Shown here piece after piece: positions 18,184 to 27,509 of a stretch of DNA of 64,000 nt. The first letter of the stretch is position 1. Every line of letters starts with the position of its first letter. The translations under genes were made by a program, and so were the position numbers. The stretch is from an uncultured delta proteobacterium (GTDB lineage: Bacteria > Myxococcota > Myxococcia > Myxococcales > Anaeromyxobacteraceae), in contig CAWFDF010000014.1 of the NCBI GenBank assembly GCA_963814585.1, positions 192,001-256,000 of the forward strand, given 5' to 3'. The notes under the pieces are model-generated. The model had not been told where the DNA came from. It worked only from the letters and a program-made list of their open reading frames with translations, and ran no database searches.

Positions 18184-19827
18184 CTACCCTCCTCGCGTCG
18201 CGACCGCGACGATGGCCTGGGCCTCCTCGACGATGCGGGCCAGGTGGGCCTCGTCGCGGAAGCTCTCGGCGTAGATCTTCTGCACGTCCTCGGTCCCCGA
18301 CGGGCGCGCGGCGAACCAGCCGCTGGCAGTGGTCACCTTGAGCCCGCCGATCTCGGCGCCGTTCCCCGGGGCGCGGGTGAGCCGGGCGGTGATGGGGTCG
18401 CCGGCCAGCGTCGCGGCGGTGACCGCCTCCGGCGAGAGCTTCCTGAGCGCGGCCTTCACGGCCGGCGAGGCGGGGGCGTCGAGGCGCCGGTAGACCGGCG
18501 CCCCCAGCTCGGCGGTCAGTTCGCGGTAGCGCTCGCCCGGATCCCGCCCGGTCCGCGCCAGCAGCTCCACCGCCAGGAGATCGAGCAGGATGCCGTCCTT
18601 GTCGGTGGTCCAGGTGGTCCCGTCGCGGCGCAGGAAGGAGGCGCCGGCGCTCTCCTCGCCACCGAAGCCGATCGAGCCGTCGCCCAGCCCGGCGACGAAC
18701 CACTTGAAGCCGACCGGAACCTCGACGAGCCGCCGGCCGAGCCGCGTCGCCACCCGGTCGATGAGCGCCGACGAGACCAGCGTCTTGCCGACGGCGGCGG
18801 TGGCCGGCCAGCCCGGGCGGTGCCGGAAGAGGTAGTCGATGGCCACCGCCAGGTAGGCGTTCGGGTCGAGCAGCCCCATGGACGGCGTGACGATGCCGTG
18901 CCGGTCGGCGTCGGCGTCGTTCCCGAAGGCGAGGTCGAACCGGTCCTTCAGGGCGATGAGGCCGCTCATGGCGTACCGCGACGAGCAGTCCATGCGGATC
19001 CGGCCGTCGTGGTCGAGCGGCATGAAGCCGAAGGTGGGGTCGAGCTCCGGGCGGGTGACGGTGAGGTCGAGCCCCAGCTCCGCGGCGATCGGCTCCCAGT
19101 AGGGCGCGCTGGCGCCGCCCATGGGATCGGCGCCGAGCCTCAGCCTCGCGCCGCGCAGCACCTCCAGGTCGAGCACGGCGCCGAGATCCCTCACGTAGGG
19201 GCGGACGTAGTCGCGCGCCGAGGTGGTGGCGGCGGCGCGGGCCCGCTGGTACGGGAACCGCTTCACGTCGCGGTTCCCCCCCTCCAGCAGCAGGTTGGCC
19301 CGCCGCTCGATCCACCCGGTGGCGTCGGCGTCGGCCGGGCCGCCATGGGGCGGGTTGTACTTGATGCCGCCGTCCTCCGGCGGGTTGTGGCTCGGCGTGA
19401 TGATGAGCCCGTCGGCGAGGTGGGCGGCCCGGCCGCGGTTGTGGCCGAGGATGGCGTGGGAGAGGACCGGCGTCGGCACCGGGGTGCCGCCCTCGGAGAC
19501 GACGACGGTGACCCCGTTGGCGGCCAGCACCTCGAGCGTGGTGCGCTCGGCCGGCGCGGAGAGCGCGTGGGTGTCGCTGCCCAGGAAGAGCGGGCCGTCG
19601 ATCCCCTGCCCGGCCCGGTACTCGGCGGTGGCCTGGGCCACCGCCGCGATGTGGGCGTCGTTGAAGCCACGCCTCAGCCCGTTGCCGCGGTGGCCGGAGG
19701 TGCCGAAGGCGACCCGCTGCGCCGGGATCGACGGATCGGGCGCCTCCTCGGCGTAGCGGCGCCGCAGGTCGGCGACGTCGATGAGCTGGTCGCGGGGGGC
19801 CGGCTGGCCGGCGAGGGGGTGGGCCAT
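18184..19827 (-). CDS. pgm: Phosphoglucomutase (alpha-D-glucose-phosphate specific)
   Basis: [47 protein letters not shown]. Confidence 0.95.
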   Translation of the reverse strand: MAHPLAGQPAPRDQLIDVADLRRRYAEEAPDPSIPAQRVAFGTSGHRGNGLRRGFNDAHIAAVAQATAEYRAGQGIDGPLFLGSDTHALSAPAERTTLEVLAANGVTVVVSEGGTPVPTPVLSHAILGHNRGRAAHLADGLIITPSHNPPEDGGIKYNPPHGGPADADATGWIERRANLLLEGGNRDVKRFPYQRARAAATTSARDYVRPYVRDLGAVLDLEVLRGARLRLGADPMGGASAPYWEPIAAELGLDLTVTRPELDPTFGFMPLDHDGRIRMDCSSRYAMSGLIALKDRFDLAFGNDADADRHGIVTPSMGLLDPNAYLAVAIDYLFRHRPGWPATAAVGKTLVSSALIDRVATRLGRRLVEVPVGFKWFVAGLGDGSIGFGGEESAGASFLRRDGTTWTTDKDGILLDLLAVELLARTGRDPGERYRELTAELGAPVYRRLDAPASPAVKAALRKLSPEAVTAATLAGDPITARLTRAPGNGAEIGGLKVTTASGWFAARPSGTEDVQKIYAESFRDEAHLARIVEEAQAIVAVATRGG

Positions 19828-19966
19828 CGCAGCAGTCTAGCCCGCCACCCCCCGGGGAGGGGCCGGGCAGGTGGGGACAGCGCCCAGGAGCCGCGGCGCG
19901 GGCGCCGCCACCCTCCTAGATCACGGGGGGCGAGGCCCTTCCGGGCCGCCAGCGGAGGAGGAGACC

Positions 19967-20611
19967 ATGAAGATCGGCGTGCTCGGTTCAGGCGTGGTCG
20001 GGGAGGCGCTGTCCAACGGATTGCTGAAGCACGGCCACGAGGTGATGCGCGGCTCGAGGGACCCGGCCAAGCTGCAGGCCTGGCGCAGCGGCGCCGGTCC
20101 TCGCGCCCGGACCGGCACCCTGGCCGAGACGGCGGGCTTCGGTTCCATGGTGGTGCTGGCGGTGAAGGGGAGCGCGGCGGTGGAGGCCGTCGAGTCCTGC
20201 CGGGAGGCCCTGGCGGGGAAGGCGGTGATCGACACCACCAACCCCATCGCCGAGGCCCCTCCCGTGAACGGCGTGCTCCAGTTCTTCACCGGCCCGGGGG
20301 ACTCCCTCCTGGAGCGGCTCCAGGCCCGAGTCCCCGCCGCCCACTTCGTCAAGGCGTTCTCCTGCGTCGGCAACGCGCTGATGGTGGACCCCAGGCTGCC
20401 CGGCGGTCCGCCCACCATGTTCATCTGCGGCAACGACGAGGGAGCCAGGCGGCAGGTGGCCACCCTGGTCGAGCAGCTGGGCTGGGAGGTGGACGACCTG
20501 GGCGCCGCCGAGGCGGCCCGGGCCATCGAGCCGCTCTGCATGCTCTGGTGCATCCCCGGATTCCTGAGGAACCGGTGGGACCACGCCTTCAAGATGCTCC
20601 GCGCCTCGTAG
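19967..20611 (+). CDS. NADP oxidoreductase, F420-dependent family (Rossmann fold)
   Basis: GGAGGAGG RBS; MKIGVLGSGVVG, VIDTTNP, VKAF, ICGND. Confidence 0.85.
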   Translation: MKIGVLGSGVVGEALSNGLLKHGHEVMRGSRDPAKLQAWRSGAGPRARTGTLAETAGFGSMVVLAVKGSAAVEAVESCREALAGKAVIDTTNPIAEAPPVNGVLQFFTGPGDSLLERLQARVPAAHFVKAFSCVGNALMVDPRLPGGPPTMFICGNDEGARRQVATLVEQLGWEVDDLGAAEAARAIEPLCMLWCIPGFLRNRWDHAFKMLRAS

Positions 20612-20752
20612 CACCGCGCCCCGGGCAAGATGACGTGACGAGAGGCCGAGACCGAAGCGAGCCTGGCGCCCGAGGAGGGAGCCGCGGAAGCGTCGCAGCG
20701 CTGCCCTGAGCAGCGGACCGACGAGGCCGCCTGCATCTGGCACCGCCGGCAC
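20609..20752 (+). mobile_element. MITE-like repeat, decayed copy
   Basis: 20609-20734 aligns closely with 33794-33920. It lacks the internal hairpin of the full copy, its right end is degenerate, and it starts at the upstream gene's TAG. Confidence 0.7.
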
Positions 20753-20799
20753 GCCCCACCCCCACCCTGACGTGACCTCGCGCAGGCTCCCGGTGGTGC

Positions 20800-20816
20800 G
20801 GGGGGGGGGGGGGGGG
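20800..20816. repeat. G17 homopolymer, intergenic
   Basis: 17 consecutive G; a C-rich tract CCCCACCCCCACCC lies at 20754-20767. Confidence 0.9.
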
Positions 20817-20828
20817 CCGGGGCGGCCG

Positions 20829-21515
20829 TCAGTCGCCCGTGGCCGAGAGCGTGAACCCCCGCAGGTCGGGGAGGCTGCGTGCCGCCGCGCCGAGACGGGA
20901 CAGGTTGCCCGGGTCCACGGTCCGGACGGCCATCCGGTACTCGAACGTCCCGAGGTGCTCGTCGAGGTCGTAGGCCAGGTTGATGATGAAGAAGTGGTGC
21001 GCCGCCATGAGCTTCCGCGCGTCCTCCTCCAGGAAGGGGCCGTCGCGGGCCGTGCGCAGGGTGCACTGGGCGTACACCTGGGCCGGGAAGTGGTTCTCGA
21101 TCTGCCGGAACACCGACAGGATGCCGAGGGTGAGCGCGGTGGCCAGCGCGCCCGCCGCGTAGAACCCCACGCCCATGAGGACCCCGACGGCCGCCGTCGT
21201 CCAGATGGACGCGGCGGTGGTGAGCCCCCGGACCGTCAGGCCCTCCTTGAAGATGACCCCGGCACCGAGAAAGCCGATTCCGGTCATGATCCCCTGGGCC
21301 ATCCGGGTCGGGTCCACGCGGACGGCGTCGCTGATGGTGAACCACTGCCCCTGAAAGAGCGTGACGAGCATCAGCATGCTCGACGCCATGGCCACCAGGG
21401 CGTGGGTCCGGAACCCGGCGGCGCGGCCGTGGTAGCTGCGCTCCATGCCGATGATCCCGCCGGCGACCACCGCCGCCAGCATGTGCTCCGCGAACACGCC
21501 TATCGACTGCGGCAT
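20829..21515 (-). CDS. MgtC/SapB family membrane protein
   Basis: IGMER..HGRAAGFRTH, DPTRMAQGIMTGIGFLGAGVI, GLTTAASIW; ATG 21515. Confidence 0.9.
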   Translation of the reverse strand: MPQSIGVFAEHMLAAVVAGGIIGMERSYHGRAAGFRTHALVAMASSMLMLVTLFQGQWFTISDAVRVDPTRMAQGIMTGIGFLGAGVIFKEGLTVRGLTTAASIWTTAAVGVLMGVGFYAAGALATALTLGILSVFRQIENHFPAQVYAQCTLRTARDGPFLEEDARKLMAAHHFFIINLAYDLDEHLGTFEYRMAVRTVDPGNLSRLGAAARSLPDLRGFTLSATGD

Positions 21516-21556
21516 GGGGCCCCCGTGGTCAGATGGTACGCCGGCCGCGGCGCGGC

Positions 21557-22372
21557 TCACAGTTCCCAGAGCGAGGCGCCGCGCCGGACGTAGCCCCGCT
21601 CCACCGCCAGGCCGTCGTGGGCCAGCGTCGGCCAGTCGGCGAGGTAGACCGCCTCCTCGCCCTCCCGGGTGTAGACCTTCAGGTAGCCCTTGCAGGCCTC
21701 GCAGACGTCGAGCCGCAGGCCGGTGCTCGTCTTCGACTCCAGCCGCGCCTGCCGCCCGGCGTCGCGGTTGCCGCAGTGCGGGCAACCCGGGGGCGCGTCG
21801 CGCCAGCGCGAGGTGCAGCAGCCGCAGACCAGGGTCCGCTCGCCCCCCCGGGCGTGCGCCATCATGGGGAGGGCGCCGCAGAGCGGACAGGTCGAGCGCC
21901 CCCACCGCAGACCGTTCCGCCAGGCGGCGAACGGCTCGAGGACCGGGGCCAGCAGCCGCCCGAAGGCCCTCCAGGCCAGCAGCTGGAGCAGCGCCGGCTG
22001 GACCGGCGCCGTGGCGGGCGCCGCTCCGCTGAGCAGCCAGCGGATGGTGGCCACCCTCGCCTCGGCGTGCGCCATCGCCGCGCGGACCTCCTTCATCCCC
22101 TTGGCCAGCGGCGCGGGGAGCCCGGCCGCTGCGGCCTGCACGCTGGCCGGCTCGAGCAGGTCGGCGGCCGCCGCCCTCAGCACCGCCCCGTGGCTCTCGC
22201 CCAGCAGCAGCGCCACCCCGTTCTCGTGCTCGGCCCGGTGCTCCGCCCACGGCGGCAGCGCCAGCGCCGGGACCGGCACCGCCTCGGCCGCACCCCGGAC
22301 CAGCCCCTCGAAGCGCGCCAGGGGCACGAGGAAGGGGTTCTGCTGCAGCCAGCGCTGGAGCGCGGGATCCAT
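21557..22372 (-). CDS. fdhE: Formate dehydrogenase accessory protein FdhE
   Basis: CPLCG, CGCC..W, CPHCG, CEACKGYLK motifs; ATG 22372. Confidence 0.8.
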   Translation of the reverse strand: MDPALQRWLQQNPFLVPLARFEGLVRGAAEAVPVPALALPPWAEHRAEHENGVALLLGESHGAVLRAAAADLLEPASVQAAAAGLPAPLAKGMKEVRAAMAHAEARVATIRWLLSGAAPATAPVQPALLQLLAWRAFGRLLAPVLEPFAAWRNGLRWGRSTCPLCGALPMMAHARGGERTLVCGCCTSRWRDAPPGCPHCGNRDAGRQARLESKTSTGLRLDVCEACKGYLKVYTREGEEAVYLADWPTLAHDGLAVERGYVRRGASLWEL

Positions 22373-22433
22373 TCGGCTCGACGTCTCCCTCCGTTCGGGC
22401 GCCGACGGCGCCCGCGCGCTACAATCGCACGTC

Positions 22434-23573
22434 ATGCCCCTCCCGGTCAGCACCTCGTCCCCGCGCCTCGTCGCGCACCTCGCCCTCCTCCTGCTCGGCG
22501 CGGCCGGCGCCCGGCCTGCAGGGGCCTCCTCCGGGGCCACGCCCCCTCCGCCGGTCCTCCGCCCCACGCCGCTGGTCTCGCTCGGCGCCTGGACCACCGG
22601 CTCGAGGCCGGACACCGGCCGGCTGGTCGACGGCCGCTTCCGGGGCTCCTCCTGGGGCGGCGGCCAGCCGACCGAGTCCCGGCCCGCCTGGGCGGCCATC
22701 AGGCTGCAGCGGCCCTACCACAGGCTCCTGCTGAGCTGGACCTCCTCCCACAACCACGACTACTTCGAGCAGTTCTACGGCGCCCCGCGCGACTACCGGA
22801 TCGAGACCAGCGCCGACTCCACCGACGGCGAGGACGGCCGCTGGACGCTGGCCGCCGCGGTGACCGGGAACCCCGCCCGCAGCCGCGCCCACGCCGTGCC
22901 GTTCGAGGGCCAGCGCTGGATCCGCATGAGCGTGACCCGGCTGCCGGAGAAGGTGAACGAGTGGGGGCTGTTCCTCGACGAGGTCGAGCTGTTCGACCTC
23001 TCCGCCGGCGGGAACGACCTGTGGGTCTTCCTCGGAGACTCCATCACCGCGGGCGTCTTCGACCGGGCCGACGAGCGGCGTCCGTCGTTCGCCGAGAGCG
23101 TGGCGGCGCTCCACCCCGGCTACTCCCCCGCCATGATCAACGCCGGCCTGCCCAGGCTCCGGAGCTGGGAGGCCATCGACCGGGTGGACGAGGTGCTGGC
23201 GCTCAACCCCGACGCCACCGTGGTGGCCATCACGCTCGGCTCCAACGACGGCGATCTCGACAAGCTGCGCGCCGCGCTCGGGGGGATCATCGACAAGGTG
23301 CAGGCGGCCGGCAAGATCCCGCTGCTCTCCCGCATCCCCTACCAGACCAAGTACGACCAGGACTACGTGGCCGTGAAGAACCAGGTGGTGGACCAGCTGA
23401 TCCGGGATCGCGGCCTCGTCCCCGGCCCCGACCTCTACGGCTGGTTCAAGGCCCGGCCCGGCCGCCTCCACGACGGCCTCCACCCCGACGGCCCCGGATC
23501 GGTGGACATGAGCCGTGAGTTCGCCCGCTCCGCGGCGCCGCTCTACCCGCCCTCCCCTGGTCACTCGCCGTGA
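22434..23573 (+). CDS. Secreted SGNH/GDSL hydrolase with N-terminal discoidin/CBM-like domain
   Basis: Signal peptide; FLGDSIT, INAG, LGSND, DGLHP blocks; N-terminal YRIETSAD...W beta-rich region. Confidence 0.8.
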   Translation: MPLPVSTSSPRLVAHLALLLLGAAGARPAGASSGATPPPPVLRPTPLVSLGAWTTGSRPDTGRLVDGRFRGSSWGGGQPTESRPAWAAIRLQRPYHRLLLSWTSSHNHDYFEQFYGAPRDYRIETSADSTDGEDGRWTLAAAVTGNPARSRAHAVPFEGQRWIRMSVTRLPEKVNEWGLFLDEVELFDLSAGGNDLWVFLGDSITAGVFDRADERRPSFAESVAALHPGYSPAMINAGLPRLRSWEAIDRVDEVLALNPDATVVAITLGSNDGDLDKLRAALGGIIDKVQAAGKIPLLSRIPYQTKYDQDYVAVKNQVVDQLIRDRGLVPGPDLYGWFKARPGRLHDGLHPDGPGSVDMSREFARSAAPLYPPSPGHSP

Positions 23574-24445
23574 AGGTGGTGCTGACCGTGGCCGGCTCCG
23601 ACTCGGGCGGAGGAGCCGGCGTCCAGGCCGACCTGCGCACCTTCGCCGCCCACCGGGTCCACGGCACCTCGGCCCTCACCGCGGTGACCGCGCAGAACTC
23701 GGTGGCGGTGACGGCCTGGACGGCGCTGGACCCGGCGCTGGTGGTGGCGCAGCTCGAGGCCGTGGCCGACGACATGGTGGTGGCGGCCACCAAGACCGGC
23801 ATGCTGGCCACCGAGCCGATCATCCGGGCCGTGGCCGAGGCGGCCGGGCGGCTGCGGCTCGGGCCGCTGGTGGTCGACCCGGTCATGGTGGCCAAGAGCG
23901 GGGACCGGCTGCTCGACGAGGGGGCCCAGCTGGCCTACGTGGAGACGCTCTTCCCGCTGGCGACGCTGGTGACCCCGAACCTCTTCGAGGCCGAGGCGCT
24001 GCTGGGCCGCCCCGTCCCCGACGCCGCCGCCATGCTGGACGCGGCGCGCGACCTGCTGGCGCTGGGAGCGCGGGCGGTCCTGCTCAAGGGCGGCCGGCTC
24101 GAGGGCGCGGCCGTCGACGTCTTCGCCGACGGCGCGAGGCTGGTCGGGCTCCCCGCGGAGCGGATCGACACCCGCCACACCCAGGGGACCGGCTGCACGC
24201 TCTCGGCGGCCATCGCCGCCCGGCTGGCGCTGGGCGACGAGCTGCTCGAGGCGGTGCGAGGCGCCAAGGCCTGGCTCACCGAGGCCCTGCGCCACGCCTA
24301 CGCCGTGGGCCGGGGGCGCGGCCCGGTCGATCACCTCTTCGCGCTGACGCCCCCGCCTACCAGCCTCCCGGGTGGAACGGCCACCAGCGCTGGAGGCGGG
24401 CCGCCACCAGCGCCAGCAGCACCAGCACCACCAGCAGGACCGTGA
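23570..24445 (+). CDS. thiD: Hydroxymethylpyrimidine/phosphomethylpyrimidine kinase
   Basis: [52 protein letters not shown]. Confidence 0.95.
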   Translation: MKVVLTVAGSDSGGGAGVQADLRTFAAHRVHGTSALTAVTAQNSVAVTAWTALDPALVVAQLEAVADDMVVAATKTGMLATEPIIRAVAEAAGRLRLGPLVVDPVMVAKSGDRLLDEGAQLAYVETLFPLATLVTPNLFEAEALLGRPVPDAAAMLDAARDLLALGARAVLLKGGRLEGAAVDVFADGARLVGLPAERIDTRHTQGTGCTLSAAIAARLALGDELLEAVRGAKAWLTEALRHAYAVGRGRGPVDHLFALTPPPTSLPGGTATSAGGGPPPAPAAPAPPAGP

Positions 24446-26522
24446 CCCGGCGCCGCTGCCTGGCCCTGACGTCCTCGAAGGGATCCTGGAGCGACCGCCG
24501 GGCGCCGGGAGGCAGGGCCGCGACGTCGGTGAGCGCGGTCCCGAGCGGGATGTTGACGCGGATCCGTCCGTTGATGGCCCAGCCGGTGGCGTCGAGCAGG
24601 GGCCCCAGCGTCCGCTGGCGCAGCTTGAGCCAGGCGATGAGCATCGAGGGGCCGGAGATGATGAGCACCACGCCGCCCACCGCCACCAGCTTGGCCCACC
24701 AGGGCTGCAGCCCGATGAAGCCGGAGACGAAGGCGCCGAGGAAGGTGGCCATGGCCCCGACGCCGACGCCGAGCGCGGCGATGATGCCGACCATCTTGCC
24801 GACGTCGACCGGCGGCGGCGACGTGGGCGAGGCCGGAGCCGCCCCGGGAACGGTCGCGGCCGCGGCGGCGGACAGCCTGGCGTCCGACTCCTTCTCCTTG
24901 GCGGCGGCGAACCTGGCGATCTGCTGCTCGAGCATCCGCAGGAACTTCTTGTAGGGCGCGGCGAAGGCCTGCCGCAGGGCGATGGGGTTGTCGACCACCC
25001 GGACCACGGTGGCGTCCCAGTCACGCCCCCTTCGATCGTAGAAGAGGCCGTTGCGTCCCACCGTGACGAAGTCGCCGTCGCCCCGGGTGAAGCAGGCGGC
25101 GATCCTCATGGTCTCGCCTCCGGCGCGGCGCAGGTCGCAGTAGGCGATGAACAGGTTCGAGCCCAGCGCCTGGGCGGCGTGGGCGGCCGGGTCGGCCACG
25201 CGGATGCACAGGTGGCAGCTGCGTCCGTCGAGGTAGAGCGTCCCGGCCTGGAAGATGGTCGGGGTCCTCGGGTCGTAGAAATGGGCGAAGTTGACGAAGT
25301 TGCGCAGCAGCACCACCAGGTCCCGGTGGCAGTGGACCATGCGGGCCACGTCGGCCACCGCCGTGGCCTCGGGCCGGAGCGCCTCGTCCTCGGCGATGAG
25401 CTTCTCGACCTGCGCCCGCACCCCGCCGCCCAGCAGCTCGCGGACGCGGGCCGGCCCCAGGGCCTCGACGCCGCTCCCCTGCTTGCGCGCCTCCCAGTCC
25501 CGGCAGGGGTCCAGCCGCGCCACCAGCTCGCGCCACGCCGTCTCGGTGAGCGCCTCCCGGCCGGCGCCGAAGGCGGCCCTCACGGCGGTGTCGCGCAGGG
25601 CGGTGAGCGGCCCGGCCCAGGCCGGGTTGACGCCGTCGGCCAGCGGCAGCGCCCGACCCGCCTCGGCGCGGGCAGCGGGGAAGGCCGCCAGCTCGGCGCT
25701 GCCGGCGCCCAGCGGCCTGGCCGCCAGCGCCTGGAACTCCTCCTCGGACCGGTTGAGCAGGGCCGCACCGCGCGGGTCCATGGCGGCCAGCTGGCAGCGC
25801 GCGAAGTAGTCGTCCACCTTCTCGCGCACCTGCTGCACCGCGATCCAGGCCGGGCCGGTGGCGTCCCCGAAGACCAGCGCCCCCGAGGTGCGCCCGTCCT
25901 CCTGCCAGGCCTGGAAGGCGGCCAGCTCGGCGAAGAAGGCCTCCAGCTTCGCTCGGTCGATGCCTGGCTTCCCGTTCCTCCCCGTGACCGGGCCAACGCA
26001 CGCCATGGCATCGAGGATGGCCTGCCGGAGCGCCGCGTCGTCGCCGGCCTGCTCCGGCGGGACCACGCCGTCACCGTCCAGCGGGCCGGCATCGAAGACG
26101 TGGGAGAGGTCCTTGACGTCGTCCGGCGTGAGCTCGGTGGCATCGGGCTTGCCGTGGCTGGCGAGGACGCGCCGGGCCGCGGCCCGGAGGGTCCTTCCCT
26201 CCGGCGAGGCCTCCGACAGCGCCGAGAGCGGCAGGGCCGCCTCCCCCTTCAGCAGCGATCCGAGATCGGCGAGCCGGGCCTCGCAGAAGGCCAGCGCCGC
26301 CAGCAGCTCGGGCGCTCGCACCCGGCCGTCGTGGTCGAGGTCGATCAGCTCCAGCGTCCGCTGGTCGAGCTCGAGCCCGCTCACCGGGCAGGAGAGCGCC
26401 ACCCAGAGCTTCTGATCGAGCTGGTGGATGTGGCGCAGGTCCTCGGCGGTCTGGATGGTGACCTGGTCGAGGCCGCCGAGGCGGATGAACAGCCAGCGAT
26501 GGGGCGAGGAGGTGTCGGCCAT
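24357..26522 (-). CDS. Hypothetical membrane-anchored protein with EF-hand-like loop (721 aa)
   Basis: Strong GC3 frame; DLDHDGRVRAPE loop; three C-terminal hydrophobic segments. Confidence 0.75.
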   Translation of the reverse strand: MADTSSPHRWLFIRLGGLDQVTIQTAEDLRHIHQLDQKLWVALSCPVSGLELDQRTLELIDLDHDGRVRAPELLAALAFCEARLADLGSLLKGEAALPLSALSEASPEGRTLRAAARRVLASHGKPDATELTPDDVKDLSHVFDAGPLDGDGVVPPEQAGDDAALRQAILDAMACVGPVTGRNGKPGIDRAKLEAFFAELAAFQAWQEDGRTSGALVFGDATGPAWIAVQQVREKVDDYFARCQLAAMDPRGAALLNRSEEEFQALAARPLGAGSAELAAFPAARAEAGRALPLADGVNPAWAGPLTALRDTAVRAAFGAGREALTETAWRELVARLDPCRDWEARKQGSGVEALGPARVRELLGGGVRAQVEKLIAEDEALRPEATAVADVARMVHCHRDLVVLLRNFVNFAHFYDPRTPTIFQAGTLYLDGRSCHLCIRVADPAAHAAQALGSNLFIAYCDLRRAGGETMRIAACFTRGDGDFVTVGRNGLFYDRRGRDWDATVVRVVDNPIALRQAFAAPYKKFLRMLEQQIARFAAAKEKESDARLSAAAAATVPGAAPASPTSPPPVDVGKMVGIIAALGVGVGAMATFLGAFVSGFIGLQPWWAKLVAVGGVVLIISGPSMLIAWLKLRQRTLGPLLDATGWAINGRIRVNIPLGTALTDVAALPPGARRSLQDPFEDVRARQRRRVTVLLVVLVLLALVAARLQRWWPFHPGGW

Positions 26523-26650
26523 GGCCGCATGGTGGCCGAGCCGCGCCGCCCGTCCAAGGGTCCTCACGGGTCGTGCCCCTCGAAAAGGGTGTCCCTCCGA
26601 CGGGGCCTTTCCTTGCGCGCGCGGACCGCGAGTGAGAGGGTGCGGCCCAT

Positions 26651-27412
26651 ATGAAGCGTGAGAGCCACGATCAACGCATCGCCCTGTTCATCGACTTCGA
26701 GAACCTGGTCACCCGCACCGGCCACTCGGCCGACAACTTCGACCTCCAGCCGGCGCTCGACACCCTGCTGGAGAAGGGCAAGGTGGTCTTCCGCCGCGCC
26801 TACGCCGACTGGACCCGCTTCGCGGCCGCCACCCAGCGCCTCCACGACAAGGGCGTGGAGCTGATCGACGTGCCCCCGTCCACGCGCGCCGGGAAGAACG
26901 GAGCCGACGTCCGCCTGGTGATCGACGCGCTCGAGCTCTGCTACCTGCGCGAGCACATCGACACCTTCGTGCTCGCCTCCGGCGACTCGGACTTCTGCCC
27001 GCTGGCCTACAAGCTGCGCGAGAACGACCGCACCGTGATCGGCATGGCGGTGAAGGAGGCCACCAGCCCGCTCTTCGTGAAGGCCTGCGACGAGTTCATC
27101 TACCTGCGCGCGCCCGCCAAGCGGCGCGAGGCCAACGAGCCGCCTCGCGAGAAGCCGCCGGCCAAGGAGAAGGTCATCCCGGAGATCGCCCGGGAGGCGA
27201 CCGCCGCGCTGCTCTCCAAGGCGACCTCACCGATCAACCCGTCGGCCATCAAGGCGGCCATCGTCCGGCGCGAGCCGGACTTCGACGAGCGCGACCACGG
27301 CTTCTCCTCCTTCTCGCGGCTGCTCGAGGCCATGGAGGTGGCCGGGCTGCTCCGGCGGGAGCAGGGGGCCAAGGGGCAGTGGTACGTGCTGCCCCCGGCC
27401 GAGACGTCGTAG
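26651..27412 (+). CDS. NYN domain protein with C-terminal OST-HTH/LOTUS domain
   Basis: ALFIDFEN, RAYADW, KNGADVRLVIDA, SGDSDF; PDFDERDHGFSSFSRLLE. Confidence 0.9.
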   Translation: MKRESHDQRIALFIDFENLVTRTGHSADNFDLQPALDTLLEKGKVVFRRAYADWTRFAAATQRLHDKGVELIDVPPSTRAGKNGADVRLVIDALELCYLREHIDTFVLASGDSDFCPLAYKLRENDRTVIGMAVKEATSPLFVKACDEFIYLRAPAKRREANEPPREKPPAKEKVIPEIAREATAALLSKATSPINPSAIKAAIVRREPDFDERDHGFSSFSRLLEAMEVAGLLRREQGAKGQWYVLPPAETS

Positions 27413-27509
27413 GCCTCCATCCGGGGTGGCGCCAATGGGCGCGCCATGACGCACCGTGACGGCCTGGTGACCGGGTTCTGGCATCATCTTTCGCCAGGAG
27501 AACCCGACG

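Noticed and set aside
24357..24445. Convergent 3' overlaps (thiD with hypothetical, 89 bp; HIT with epimerase at 15255-15306)
   Set aside because: Low-complexity run-on tails are common where stop codons are rare in high-GC genomes.
26651..27412. NYN nuclease as part of a defence system
   Set aside because: Common NYN-LOTUS architecture among housekeeping genes, with no defence or mobile neighbours.
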